The translations under genes were made by a program, and so were the position numbers. Below are positions 51,164-64,000 of a stretch of DNA of 64,000 nt, piece by piece. The stretch's first letter is position 1, and each line of letters starts with the position of its first letter. The stretch is from Nageia nagi (Eukaryota > Plantae > Pinophyta): positions 9,858,001 to 9,922,000 of the forward strand of contig JBITNC010000002.1 of assembly GCA_050084985.1 (NCBI GenBank), read 5' to 3'. The notes under the pieces are model-generated. The model was not told the DNA's origin. It did not search any database and saw only the letters and a list, made by a program, of their open reading frames with translations.

Positions 51164-52281
51164 TAATCCAAAACTTGGATCCCTTCAACATTTAGTAATC
51201 TTCATTTCAATGTGTTCATTGTGATCACCTTGTCTTTAGCTTTTTGATGCTTCTTTTGGATCATGAATCCGAGTCCGTATGTGGAAGATATGATATTAAT
51301 ACCATTTGTGTATTTTGAGAAAAAAATTAAAAGGATTAAAATAATAATAATAATAATAAAATATATGTTGGGTGGCCATTGTAGAGGGGACCAGCCTACC
51401 ACCATGAAGGCTTGCATGGAGATCGCATGGAGGTGATGAGGTAGGTGAAAGAGGGGTCTACACACCTGACATTTGATCACCAGCCAAGCTACCCATGCCC
51501 TCATTTGACTGCCAGCCAAGCTGCCACATTTGGAGACTACCAGCCTACTAGCCAAGCTACCCATGAAGATCGCTAACTGCTAGTCAATAGGAGGTTGACT
51601 TCCTCTAAGCTTGCCATGTGTCGTCACCATAATGCACCCGCTTAATTTTAGTTTTTTTTTATGTATTTTTAGTGTTTTCAAAGGTTTTGGTGATTTGATC
51701 TCGCTTAAGGTCCTATTATTAGGCTGATTTAATTCTGTAAGCCTAAAATAATCTAGTGAGCGTATTATTTTGATTTTAGAGCTCATTTTAGGGAAATTGT
51801 TACAACCATTTGAGCCCAAATTGGACATGAAGATCAAGGAGGCTAATGGGTATCTAAAAATAGGTTTTGTATTAAATTTTCTAGTTGTAAGACTCTCCAA
51901 TTTTAGCCCCCAAAATTGTATAAAAAGGGGAGCAAATTGGAGGGAGAGGGAGGAGGATTTCAGGAAAGTTGTTTTCAATTCTTGTTGTGATTTTCAGAGC
52001 TATGAGTGTGTTATGAATGTGAGAGGAGGTTTTGAAGGACCATGGAGGCCTTGTAAAGTGATTCTACCCATTGATAATAGAGAGCTTTTGAGTTGGATGT
52101 AGCCCACATCAGGTGAACCAGGATAATTTTGCTTGTCTCTTTCTATGGTGAATGCTTTTCTCTTCTCTATGTTCACAAAATTGATTCTTGATTTTCCTTT
52201 ACAAGCACTTAATTGTTTTAAGTGTGAATTGATCCTAAGAAAAGGTTAAATTGAAATTTTAATCTTACAGTTTATGGATCA
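51164..52281 (+). repeat. 3' LTR of the nested chromovirus
   Basis: TAATCC (TG>TA)...GGATCA; direct repeat of 45412-46532. Confidence 0.93.
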
Positions 52282-52286
52282 ATAGC

Positions 52287-55200
52287 TTAGATGAATCTCT
52301 AGGAGAACACACAAAAGATAGTCAGAAGCCACCAACAAAAATAATTCTACCTACAAATAATAAAGAGCTCTGGATATAAGTTACTCTATATCCTAAAAGA
52401 CTAATTGAAAAACCCTAAGAAACTAAATTGGACTACAAGAGATAAGGAAATTGAATATCTCAATACCTATATTACAAGCAATCAAACAAGTTCCTAAGCT
52501 AAACAAGTTGGTTAAACAACTATGCATCCAAAAGGGAGGAAGAAGAAAGAAGGTCTATCCAAAGACTATTAAAGTAGATGGTAAAGTACCTAATATTTTG
52601 GCTAAAAATTTGGTAATTCCTAAGTATGATGATCTAGGTAATCTTGTTATTACCATTGTCATAGGAGTCACTAAAGTGCCCAATGTTTTGGTCGACTTGG
52701 GAGCAACAATAAATGTCATGACTATGGATATGTCTCAAAAGCTATTCTTGTCAAATATATAGCCCACTTCAACTATGTTGTAGATGATAGATCGAATAGT
52801 GACCAAGCCAAAAGGAATCATGGAAGATGTCTAAATAATAGTAGATTCCTATTGTTATCTAGTAGATTTTTTGCTTCTAAAGATAAGAGCACAACATTCT
52901 AGATATCCACTCATACTAGGAAGACCTTGGTTATCCACTGCAGTTGCATACATCAATTGTAGGTATGGAGATATGACCATTTCTAATGGCCTAAAAATAA
53001 AGATACTTTCTTCATACCCAACTAATATGGGAATATCACAACCAGATATGTGTTGATAAGCCTGACATAAATGCACATGAGACTTTTGCAACATTAGCAA
53101 CCATTACCATCAAGGATCATGTTGAAGAGATGGAAGAATATCCTAATCTAGAAAAAAATATAGTACCACTATCTAGATGCATAAGAAGAATCAGAAGGCA
53201 ATGATGAAGAGAAGGGAAATACAATGGCTAACCCATTATAGAACATTATTTTCAATGTTCCATCAAAAGAGCAGGTAGCATTTTTGGCAATGTTTAAATG
53301 CCCCCTTACTCATATTATACCAAAAAGGGATACTTTTAGGTAAATAATAAGGGTATTCCATTATTTATTTCCACATTCTTGTCCTTTGAATTCCCTATTT
53401 TAGCTTCCAGAACAAGGTAATCTAACCAGACTTGGGATCAAGAATATTGAAGTATTACCAAGAAAGACTCTCAATATCAGTAGTTGGTTAACAAATGAAT
53501 AAGAAAAGAGCATTTTTGATGTCTTAATAGCCCATAATGAGGCTTTCACCTAGGAATATTCAAACATGAAAGGTGTTCATCTGAATATCTATACCCATCA
53601 TATATATACAAATGAAACTAGACTAGTTCAATAGCCTCCCAAGCGGGTAAATCCTACACTTAAAGAAGTTGTTAAGACTAAGATTAAAAAGCTATTTAAA
53701 GCTAAATTCATCTATCCTATCTCAAATAGTCAATGGGTCTCACCATTGGTGATTATGCCTAAGAAAAATGGTGAATGGAGGGTATGTGTTAACTACAAAG
53801 CTCTTAATAAAGCTACATTTATGGACCACTTCCCATTACCTTTCATTGATCAAGTGTTAGACACTTTGTCTAGTAAGAAATATTTCTCCTTGCTAGATGG
53901 AAGACCATGTTTACTTGTGCAAGGGGTACATATGCTTATAAAGTTCTTCCATTTGGCTTATGCAATGCACCAACAACTTTTCAAAGAGCTATACTAGCAA
54001 TCTTTTCAAATTTGACTAATGATTGTGTTGAAGTGTATATGGATGACTTCATAGTGTATGACAACACTTTTGGAGATGCATTGAGGAACTTAGAAAAAGT
54101 CTTGGTGATATGTAAAATACATAATCTATCCTTAAGCTATGAAAAATGCTTCATGCTTGTACAGGAAGGAATAGTTTTGGGCCATCATATTTTAGCCCAA
54201 GGGATTCAAGTGGATCCTAAGAAAATAGAAATCATCAAGCAACTCCCTCAACCTGAGACTCAAGTAGATGTTTGGAGATTCTTGGGACATGCCAAATACT
54301 ATAGAATATTTATAGAAAATTTTAGTAAAATAGTAGCCCCATTATTTGCCTTGCTACATAAGGATAATGAATTTGAATGGACACCTGATTGTGAAGAAGC
54401 TTTTAAGACTATCAAGGAAAAACTCATCACAACTCCTATGTTGAGAGGTCCTAATTGGGAACTACCATTCCACATTCATATAGATGCCTCAAATTATGCT
54501 ATTGGAGCAACTCTAGGATAAAAGGAACCAAATAAGTCCCCATATGCTATTTATTACATAAGTAAAAATTTGGTGGGAGCTAAAAGAAATTATACTACTA
54601 CAAAGAAAGAATTCCTAGCAATAGTATACGCCATCAATAAATTTAGACACTATATCATAGGATACCAAGTGTTTGTTCATATTGAACATGCTACCATTAA
54701 ATATCTCATGAACAAACCTATGGTAAGTGGAAGAATTGTGAGATGGTTGTTGCTTTTATAGTAGTTTAATGTGACTATCATTAATAAGCCTAGAAAGGCA
54801 AATGTAGTCATAGATTTCTTATCTAAATTGAATATCATTCAAAAAGATGAGATGGTGGAAGATACCTTTCCAAATGAATAGCTTTTTGTAATATTTGCAC
54901 AGTCTCCTTGGTTTGCAAATATTACCAATTATTTAGCTACTAGGAAATTTCCTCCATAATTATCTCCAAAATAGAGGAAATAATTGATTAAACAAAGTAC
55001 ATCATATAAGTGGTTATATGGGTTGCTATTCAAATATGGTCCTGATCATGCACTCTGAAGGTGTCTTTAGATAAATGAGGTATTTGATATCATCCATGCA
55101 TGCCATGATGAGCCTTCAAGAGGTCATTATTCTAAAAAATAAACCATCCATAAAGTCCTAGGAGCTAGTTATTTTTGGCCTTGTATTCACAAAGATATTA

Positions 55201-56160
55201 GAAAATATGCGAGGTAATGTGATTAATGTTAACAAATGGGTAGGCCTACTACTACTACTCAAATTCCATTATAGCCACAATGGATGCTTGAACCATTTGA
55301 GCAATGGGGCATTAACTTTGTCGAGCCTATTAATCCTCCATCTCAAGGTAAGAAACACATACTAGTATGTACTAATTATGCCACTAAGTGGGTAGAAGTA
55401 GTAGCCTTAGCACATGCCAAGGAAGAATATGTGGTAGATTTTCTATATAATAACATTATGTAAAGATTTGGAGATCCTTTATTTTTAGTTTCTAATCACA
55501 TTCCATAGTTCATGTAAAAAATAATTCAACACTTTGTGAACTAGTACCAAATTTGACATAAGAAGACTTCACCTTATCATCCACAAATGAATGGACAAGT
55601 TGAAGTTACTAATAGAGAGTTGAAAAATATATTGACCAAGATAGTAGCTTCACATAAAAGGGATTGGATATCTAGGATTCCTAAAGTAGTTTGGGCATAC
55701 AATACTATGTGGAAATCCACCATTGGGTTTACTCCATATGAGTTAGTATTTGGTAAGAAGCCTTTATTGCCAATAGAATTTGAGCTCCAAACATTAAGAA
55801 TAGCACTAGAGGTTGGGATGGACATAACAAAAATATAAAAAAATAGACTACTATAGTTAAATGAGCTAGATGAAATAAGAATGGAAGCGTTGCATAATAC
55901 TAAGATCATTCAACATCAACGAAAGCTATGCCATGATAAAAATCTGAAATAGAACCAGTTTTTGGGTAGGAGAATGGGATTTATTATTTGATTACTACTA
56001 TAATGATTTTATAAGGAAGCTCTAGACATGATGGTTGGGACCATATAATATTCTTCATATATTCCCTAATGGTTTAGTCCAGTTGCAACTGATTGATGAT
56101 TCTTGGAGGATTCTCTTGGTTAATGGACATCACCTCTGCCCATATACTATACCAATAATA
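52287..56160 (+). pseudogene. pol: Athila-like pol (PR, RT with internal deletion near 53900, RH, INT), disrupted
   Basis: VLVDLGATINVM; LILGRPWL; PKKNGEWRVCVNYKALNKAT; [18 protein letters not shown]; HIDASNYAIGA; YHPQMNGQVEVTNRELK; WLGPY...VNGHHL. Confidence 0.92.
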
Positions 56161-57089
56161 AAGATGCAATTCATGTAGTAGATAAGGATAGTAGATCTTG
56201 ATATATCTAGGGAAGTCTCATCCTCCTTAAATATGGTTAAATAATTCCATTGATCAATCTTATAAATAAGTGATTCCAATGAATCTAGTAGTCAGTAAGC
56301 AAAACTAGGAAATTGGCACTTGCCAAGTGAAAACCACCAACATTGGAAACATAAGGAGCTTTGGTTAGTTCAAAAAAAATTATATTAAAAAAAAAAGTGG
56401 GTCATGTGTAGGATTATCATTTCAGCAAAAACTATTATAGTTTGAAGATTTGGCATGAATTTTACACAGGTGTTATGATTGTAACTTTAGACGATGTTTC
56501 TTTGGACATGTTTTCAAGAGCTATCAAATGTCCTCACCATGACCTATGTACAATTCCCAATTTTCAAGGTAAAATCACTTGTTGGGAGTGCAACATAACA
56601 AATAAAACATGCCATAGGTTGATAAATAGGGTATGTCCACATATCCACATGTTCACACCCACCACTCCATGGCACATGATTCAAGAGCTAGCTATCACCC
56701 TTTTCTATGCCATGAATAAGATGAAGTTACATCTTTTCCCTTCACACAAACCAATGCCTAACATGTGTCAAGTATCTCTCATGTAATTCATGATTCATAG
56801 GAAGAGATTAGTGGCTTTAGAATATCATGTATGCAATTATCGATATATCAATCCATCACCTTCGCCAATCCATCACCTTCGCATGTACTAGATGTCCATC
56901 TTCATGCTCTACCACTATTGACCATTAAATGGTATGTCATTTCACCATTACTTAGGTAATTAGTAGTTTAACCATTATAAATTATTCAAATTTGTATGTC
57001 CAAGTATCAAATGTGCCATAAGTGTTGTTTTCCACCTTGCCATACTTGAAATTCAGCCAAAAACTTGCAGACCATAGGCTATCAATGCA

Positions 57090-59398
57090 ATGGGTCAAAA
57101 GCATAGAGAATAACCTAGCTCAATGGAAGAGCTCCAAAAGGATCCCAAGGTGTCAAAATATTTTCCACTACCTAATGGCTCCAATTTTTTGATAAGTTTT
57201 AGGGCCATGAGCTTTGGTTAGTGTGATAGTTTGCATTTGAATTAAAAGAAAACTCTATCACTCTTTAAGGGCACACCATTCCAATCTCTCCTAAGATAAT
57301 CAACACCATCTTTGGTATTCCTATTGAAGGTGAAGAATTGACACCTAGAAAAGAATAACTTGATGATGTTCTTGATGCCTTCCATCATCTTGTTGAGCCT
57401 TGTACAACCAAGTTTAAAAGCAAAGGATGAGATCGAGGAATTAATTACACATCTTTGCTTGAACCTTGGAGTGAGGTTACCACTTGGATCTTGAAGTATT
57501 TCTTCTGTGAGGGCTACTATGAAACATTGCAAGGGCATTAAATGTGATTGTTGGTTTAGTTATGATATCCAAATAATTATAAGTATAATATTCCTTAGCA
57601 TTTATTTGATAGCCTTCAGTCTATGGTTGCTAAGTGGTGCAAGTCAAACCATACTTCTCCTCTAAAACACCATGGAATTATCACTTTGATTTATTAGGAG
57701 TATTTTCTTCACATTCGTAGAGAAGAATCCTAGCAAGCATTTTTAAAAGGTAAGGAGGAGCCTCCTAAACTAAATATAGTACCTACATTTGGTATAAATT
57801 TGGTAAGAGGTAGTTCCAATAGCTCACATCCAAATTAAGTCTTCCACCTGTCAACCACATGCAAAGTCTTCAGTTGGACCTTCTAGGAAAAGACCACACA
57901 TTGATTCCATAGTTCCAATGATTGTGTCAATTTATTCTACATCATCATAAGATTCTTCCTATTTGCAACTAGATTTTGAAACTATCAACCCCTCCATTAC
58001 TCCAGATGTGTCATAAGGACTTTTATTAACTCGTGTCCAAGAGCTAGAAAGGAAAACCAAATATTTGAATCATAAAAATCATATTTTACATGCCCAACAT
58101 GATGAGATAGAATAAAAAAATAAAGAGTTGGTCATAGCTAATGATACATTATGATGGCAATAAATGGATTCTCAGACACTCCATGCAATGATCATGCACA
58201 TCACATCTAAATAGTTAGCCCTTAAGTAGAGAATTTAGCTAAATTTTGATTGGATGATTGCTTTGATAAAGGAGAAGGCTTCCACTACCAGATTACGAGA
58301 TGAAATTGAAGAGATGAGACATCAGGTGGTGCAAGAATAGTATACATTTTTTGATTTCAACATTATGCATGAACACTTAGTGGTAGAGCATTAGAATTTA
58401 CAAATTGAATATGAAGAAGCTTAGAGTTGAGTTGCTACACTCTCCCAAAACTCTTCTATTCCAAGGTAAATTATTCAAGATGTTTCCTCAATATTTGAGG
58501 ATATTCTGCAACTTTGCTCACCTTCATCAGTTTATAGTGTGTATTTAAAAGAACTCTTTTACAAATGGCAATTGTCACAAATTAAGAAGGGGTGAATTTA
58601 TCATTTAGACACTCTCCAATAGTTTCTTCAAGAATATTCTATTGACTTATATGAGTAATGCTTCTTAATGTGTGTATTTTATTCATGGTTTCTTTGTTCC
58701 ATCCAATTGGGGGTTCTTTGTTAATTTGTATGTGGGATATGCAAGCATTTATTTCTACTCTATTAAACCATATTCAATGGAGGAAGGAAATAGCTCAATT
58801 TTGGAATAGTCAAGAGGGTGACATATTTCCAATGAGGATTGAAGCATATTTTCTCCAATAATTTTAGGTTGTGTTGCACATACTTCTTTTACAAGGCCCT
58901 ATTAGAGCACAATATTGGGTGGCAATATCACATTGTATACAAGAATGTCATGAAACTCTTCGCAACATATTTGATTAGGCTATGGTGTGTTGTAACACAC
59001 ATTGGATGGGTTTACCTTATGAAATCTATATATGTGAATTTTTACACCTAGTGATTTATATTGGAGTAGACGATGAGCTCTCTCTCTCTCTTATCTCTCT
59101 ATTAGAAATAGATCTTAATAATTGGGTGGGGAGTCAATTTCATCCTCTGCTAATTCTATTTCTAGTTCTTGATGTGACTAAAAATGATCCCCAACCAAAT
59201 GTAGCATTCAGAACATGGGAGTCTCAGCTTATCCGACACCATGGTGAGGGGGGAAATTTTCCACAAGTTTAAGAGGGCACAATTAACATTTGAATCCAAC
59301 AAAGATTGCAACTCACTACTGAACCTTATGATTTGGCTCATCTAGTTCATGCTCCACCAGTTGTTATTGTTGTTGATAGTTCCAATGATTCTAATTAA
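57090..59398 (+). pseudogene. Extra (post-pol) degenerate ORF of the Athila-like element; its N-terminal domain is homologous to 17921-18540
   Basis: MGQKHRE*PSSMEELQKDP...WLQFFDKF*GHE...IFGIPIEGE...EPWSEVTTWILKYFFCEGYY...PLKHHGIITLIY, then Ser-rich and coiled-coil-like remnants. Confidence 0.65.
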
Positions 59399-59453
59399 GG
59401 CTACCTTTTTCCTTTATTGCTCCAAGCATAGCAATGTATTAAGCTAGGAGGAG

Positions 59454-61088
59454 TGATGAGTCTCAGTAACTACATAGTTTTTGGCACAGTTCAATGGTTC
59501 ATTTTGTATATTTGGACATTATGGGATGGATTAATTGTAACTGTTGGACTATTTAGTTGCTTAATATATGGTTAAATGCATACTTTCCTTATATTAGTAT
59601 TTTATGCATACTAATTCTATTTTGTGTGTTTGTTTAAACTAAAATGCTTCTCTTTGCTCCACAAAATGATGGTTGATAACTTGTATGAGTTGCAAGTATT
59701 AGAGGAAGTATTCTGAATAGATTCTACACTTGTATACATTGTTTGGAGCTCAGCTCTGAACACATTGGACACCTCATTTGGTAAAGTAGAATTATGTTAT
59801 CTCGAGCTTATGTTCTAGACTCATCTAAAGATCCTATTCCAAACTTGTCTGGAGCTTCTATTCTAGACTCATTCGAAGCTTCTATTCCAAACTCATTTGA
59901 AGCTTCTATTTTAGACTTGTCTAAAGCTTCTAATTTAGACTCATCTAAAGTTTCTATTTCAAACTTGTCTAAAGTTTCTATTTTAGACTCATCCAAAGCT
60001 TCTATTTTAGACTTGTTTGAAGCTTCTATTTCAAACTCATCTAGAGCTCCCACTCCAGACCCAAAATTGAGAAATTGATCATCATTATTGACTATATTAC
60101 CAATTCTATTACAACCTTGTATGATCCATATATTTATGTAATGTGAGCTACTCCAGCTATAATCTATAGAAGCATGGCTCCAACACATTATATATAGTTA
60201 GAGATGATTCTTGTTTTATGGAGTATGTTTGACTCCAGATTAGGCATAATAAACTACTTATGATGTAATTAGGATAGTGTTGACTCATTGGGATGAGCCA
60301 CTCTTTTTTTTAAGAGATTACAACTCTCCTTAGATAAGATGTGGGCACCATTAGCATGTTAATTTTAGTGTTAACTAGCTATTAGAATAAAAGATTCTAT
60401 TTTCTATAACATAATATTATTCAAATTATTATCATTCTTGGCCAACCTATTGTTAAACAATAGAGGATATTTATACCTCAATTGTTGATGATAGAAGGGT
60501 TTAGAAGATTAAGGAAATATTATGTGTATACTGTTGAGAATAAAAACTTTGTATTAGATTCGTCAAGTACATTCTATGCAAGACAAATTGTATGCAATAA
60601 TAGAGTAATCTATTAAGAGTTTCTAGTTCTAAGTTCTTCTAAGTGTTCCATTAAGAGGATCAAGGGCCCACTCCAAATGGTAGAAGTTTCTTTTATTTTG
60701 CTATTCTTCTAATTTAGGTGTGAGTTTATATTTAGTGTGATAATTTCAAGTGTATATTTCTTTCAGCATTTAAGATTCCTATACTTTCAATTTTGCAACT
60801 TTCTATTTTGCATATTGGCTTTCTGCAATGTTTACTTGAAGTAGATACAACTAAGAAAATAAAGTTTAATAGCATATAGCCTTGAACATTTCCCAGATTG
60901 ATTAACTAAATCAAGGAGTTAGATATTGTCTTCCACTAGTAGTGAGAGGGAACTAAAATCTACTTTGAGTGTTGGAGTACTAGCTCTATGAGTTAACTAA
61001 TCCCTTCATGATAATAGGTGAAAGGATCACTAGGGGAAGGGTAGTGACAGCCCTGGTGGAATTTGGAATACCATCATTTAACCCATTG
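59454..61088 (+). repeat. 3' LTR of the Athila-like element
   Basis: Direct repeat of 41449-43069, preceded by the PPT, followed by TSD CATGG. Confidence 0.93.
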
Positions 61089-61199
61089 CATGGAGTTTCC
61101 TATAAATCTCAAATACATATAAATCCACTATCAAGGTGTATTTGACAACTCATTATGTGCTTGATAGTGGTATATTCCCCTTTAGGTGTTCTTCAACAT

Positions 61200-62206
61200 C
61201 GTATTATCAAGATTGTAATTAGGATACTCAATATATCTTATGCAATCTATAGATACAACCAAAAAACCAATGCTACAACCAAAAATGTAGTACTGTAAAT
61301 TATGATAAAGTTTTGAGATTGCATGAAGTTTCAAAGACCATCACCTCAAATTGGGATGTTAAATTACTATGTAATTTTTAGAGAATATTATATAAGAAAC
61401 TAGATACCAAGTTACAATTTAGAAATACTTATCACCCATAGATGGATGGTCAGATGAAAGTAGTGAATCCAATCTTGGGAAACCTTTTGAGGAGCATAGT
61501 TGGGGTTTAACCAAAATAATAGGATCTATCTATATCATAAGAAGAATTTTCACATAATAGTACAATGAATTGATCAGCACAAAGATCATCATTCCGAGTT
61601 ATATATGGTAAGAATCTCAAACATTTCTTAGAATTGGTTTACTTACCCATTACTTAGCATGTTAGTGATAGTGCAAAAGAATTTACTAACCATATACAAC
61701 AATTGTAAGAGGAAGTCAAAGAAAGGTTGTAGATTAATAATGTTACATATAAAGAGGAAGTAAATGTACATAGGTATATCAAAGTGTTTAAAGGAGACAT
61801 AGTTGAAAAAGAGAAAAATTAGCCCTTGTAAGATATTGTAGAGAATGAATGATAATGCTTATAAGTTAGAGTGACTAGATGACCTTGATATATGAACTAT
61901 TTTTTAATGTCTCTAATTTATATGAATATCATGGGGATATTGAAGATGTTGAGATAGAAAAAAATATTAATTGGAAGTAGTAATTACCTTGGAAGAAGAA
62001 AGAATGTATTATAAAGGTCCTTGATAGTAAAATGATAAACACATGACATGGAAGCTACAAAAAATACTTTGTATTATTCAAAGTGTTTTCATAAGTAGAT
62101 AATATTTGGATTTCATAGGAAGAAATAAAAACTTTTAACAATGATAAGTTCCAAGCATTTATTAGAGTTACTTGCAAGAGATGAGTTTTATTCAACCTAA
62201 GGAGAA
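61200..62206 (+). pseudogene. Decayed chromovirus (CRM-like) integrase and C-terminal remnant with PPT
   Basis: VLRLHEVSKTITSNWDVK; LQFRNTYHP*MDGQMKVVN; NDNAYKL; CAACCTAAGGAGAA directly before TGATG. Confidence 0.8.
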
Positions 62207-62761
62207 TGATGCATCTTGCCAGTACCATAACTTTTGATCTAGGTATTTATTTGAGCTTGCTTATTTTTTGTTAGATTCAAATATGAAGATATATGGTGAG
62301 GAAAATCCTACTAGTCTTAGGTAGTTATCGACACTTTTTAAAGCCCTAAATCTTTACCTAGTGACCTAAAATTTGCTCTAAATGTAATTTTCAATTTTTT
62401 TGGGAACTAAAAAGTTTTATTATCTTTTCTCTACATGAGGAGAATAAGGGGATATTTTGGGATAGTAATTAAAGAATAATGGATTCATGATTCTTTTTTG
62501 GATTCCATTTGAGTTATATGATTACTAAGAATAGTATGTCTTCTAAATAATAAACTTACTACAAATAATAAGTAGTATGAAGGTAATATTTGGCTAGGGT
62601 TTTAGGTGTTATAAGTAGTTAGTTATTGCATTGTAACAATAATGTGGATTTAGAATAAGAAAGAAAACTATTTCTAGGTTTTCTTATTTTTTTGAATATC
62701 TTATTTTACTACAAAATTATCTTGGTGTCTATTGTTGGTCACTTGTAGTAAATCTACATCA
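62207..62761 (+). repeat. LTR of the decayed CRM-like element, followed by a PBS-like sequence
   Basis: TGATGCA...TACATCA inverted ends; PPT upstream; TAGTATCAAAGC (decayed TGGTATCAGAGC) at 62764-62775. Confidence 0.65.
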
Positions 62762-64000
62762 TTTAGTATCAAAGCAAGTGTGATCTTCCCAATGGGAAGA
62801 GGATGGTTAGAAGAGTGATAATAGAATTAAGGGTCTCTACCTAGATGAATAGGTAGATGAATGATCTACATGCAAAAATATCATAATTAACTAATTAGAT
62901 TAATCATATGTTATGATATTACATGATATTTTATTAGATATATATTTGATATTAAGGTTACTGGGAATGAAGGATTAGATATGGATATGGTACTCTATAG
63001 AGCCAAGAGTCCATAGGAACAAAGTAGATCATATAGTTGCATGATGCATTATATGTTTGCTTATCAATTTTAACCCTTGTAATATGTGTAGGTTTTCATA
63101 ATATCAACATGGTGCACCTGTAGGAAAAAGAATGAATACAAGATTAATTCTTAAGGTAAAATTAATATTTATTTGCATGGTAAAATTTGATAATATCATG
63201 ATTATTAATTTTACTATGATTAAGAACTAAATAATCATATTATTTTTTTGATTTAATAGTTAATGGTTAATGTTGTATTTTAACATTAAATGTATTACTA
63301 TTTATTAATTTAGGAAAATTTATTATAAAATACATATGACTAAATTAATAATTTATAATTAAAATTGTTATTACTTAAATTAAAAGTAGGGAACATAAAT
63401 AAAGTAAAGAAACTTATTATTTCACTAGCTCTAAGAGAAATAAAAGAGCTTGAGTGCGTACTTATTTGATCAATATTCCTCCTCTATTGGGTAATGGTAG
63501 ATGATGGAGAGTGGACATTGGAATATTAAAAGAATCCCTCCATGATCTAGAAACTTTTTACATTTATTAATTTGTGTTAAAAATTAGTAGAGTTAGGTGT
63601 AGAATCAATGAGGAAAAAAATCCTAAAAGAGAAAAAAAAAAGGAATCCCAAGAGGATTTGGTACTAAAAGACACCCAAAATATTGAATACTATGTTAGTT
63701 CTCCTCTTTTACATGTTGATTTTAGTTGCAATCTATGAACGATGTTTGTATCATGTTTTTATCAAATTAAGGATGATCCCTTTCACATATTCATGTATGC
63801 TTATCATGAAATCACTACATACAATGGGATTTTAATTTATGTTATAATTATTTGAATAGATTTTCATTTCATTATGCATCTTGATCTAAGAATATATGAT
63901 AATTTTCTATTCCATGAGATGGTACATCTCTATTGCATTTGGTAATTTGAGTATAGCTTATAATCATTAAATTTTATGAGATGGTGTATCTATATTTAAT

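Larger units (their letters stand above)
45412..52281 (+). mobile_element. Nested full-length Ty3/gypsy chromovirus, CRM-like
   Basis: LTRs 45412-46532 and 51164-52281 with TGAT...ATCA ends; TSD ATATC/ATAGC (1 mismatch); PBS TGGTATCAAAGC 46537-46548; PPT-like AATGGTGAGGAA 51152-51163. Confidence 0.93.
41449..61088 (+). mobile_element. Full-length Athila-like Ty3/gypsy LTR retrotransposon with extra 3' ORF region, hosting a nested element
   Basis: LTRs 41449-43069 and 59454-61088; TSD CATGG (41444-41448 and 61089-61093); decayed tRNA-Asp-type PBS; PPT AAGCTAGGAGGAG 59441-59453; gag-PR-RT-RH-INT order. Confidence 0.93.

Overview
AT-rich, CpG-depleted intergenic DNA from a large-genome seed plant (probably a gymnosperm; this is inference from TE content and decay pattern). 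No intact host protein gene, rRNA, tRNA or CRISPR array is supported. The window is a stack of retroelements. (1) A full-length Sirevirus-like Ty1/copia element (6318-15278, minus, TSD ATGTT). (2) A non-autonomous LTR element (23054-28765, TSD AACAT). (3) An Athila-like Ty3/gypsy element (41449-61088, TSD CATGG) carrying extra 3' ORFs, with a CRM-like chromovirus nested inside it (45412-52281). (4) Two poly(A)-tailed non-LTR insertions with candidate TSDs and no reverse transcriptase (17349-20353 and 30102-31989). (5) Several older gypsy remnants. Three observations stand out. The same uncharacterised protein domain occurs both as the sole ORF of an RT-less poly(A) retroposon and as the extra ORF of the Athila-like element. 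A CpG-retaining island (about 34.4-35.8 kb) has hairpins, clustered cis-motifs and a diverged ~530-bp duplicate at 39.8-40.3 kb. An old ~500-bp inverted-repeat pair is split by nested insertions. All identities and boundaries were read by eye.
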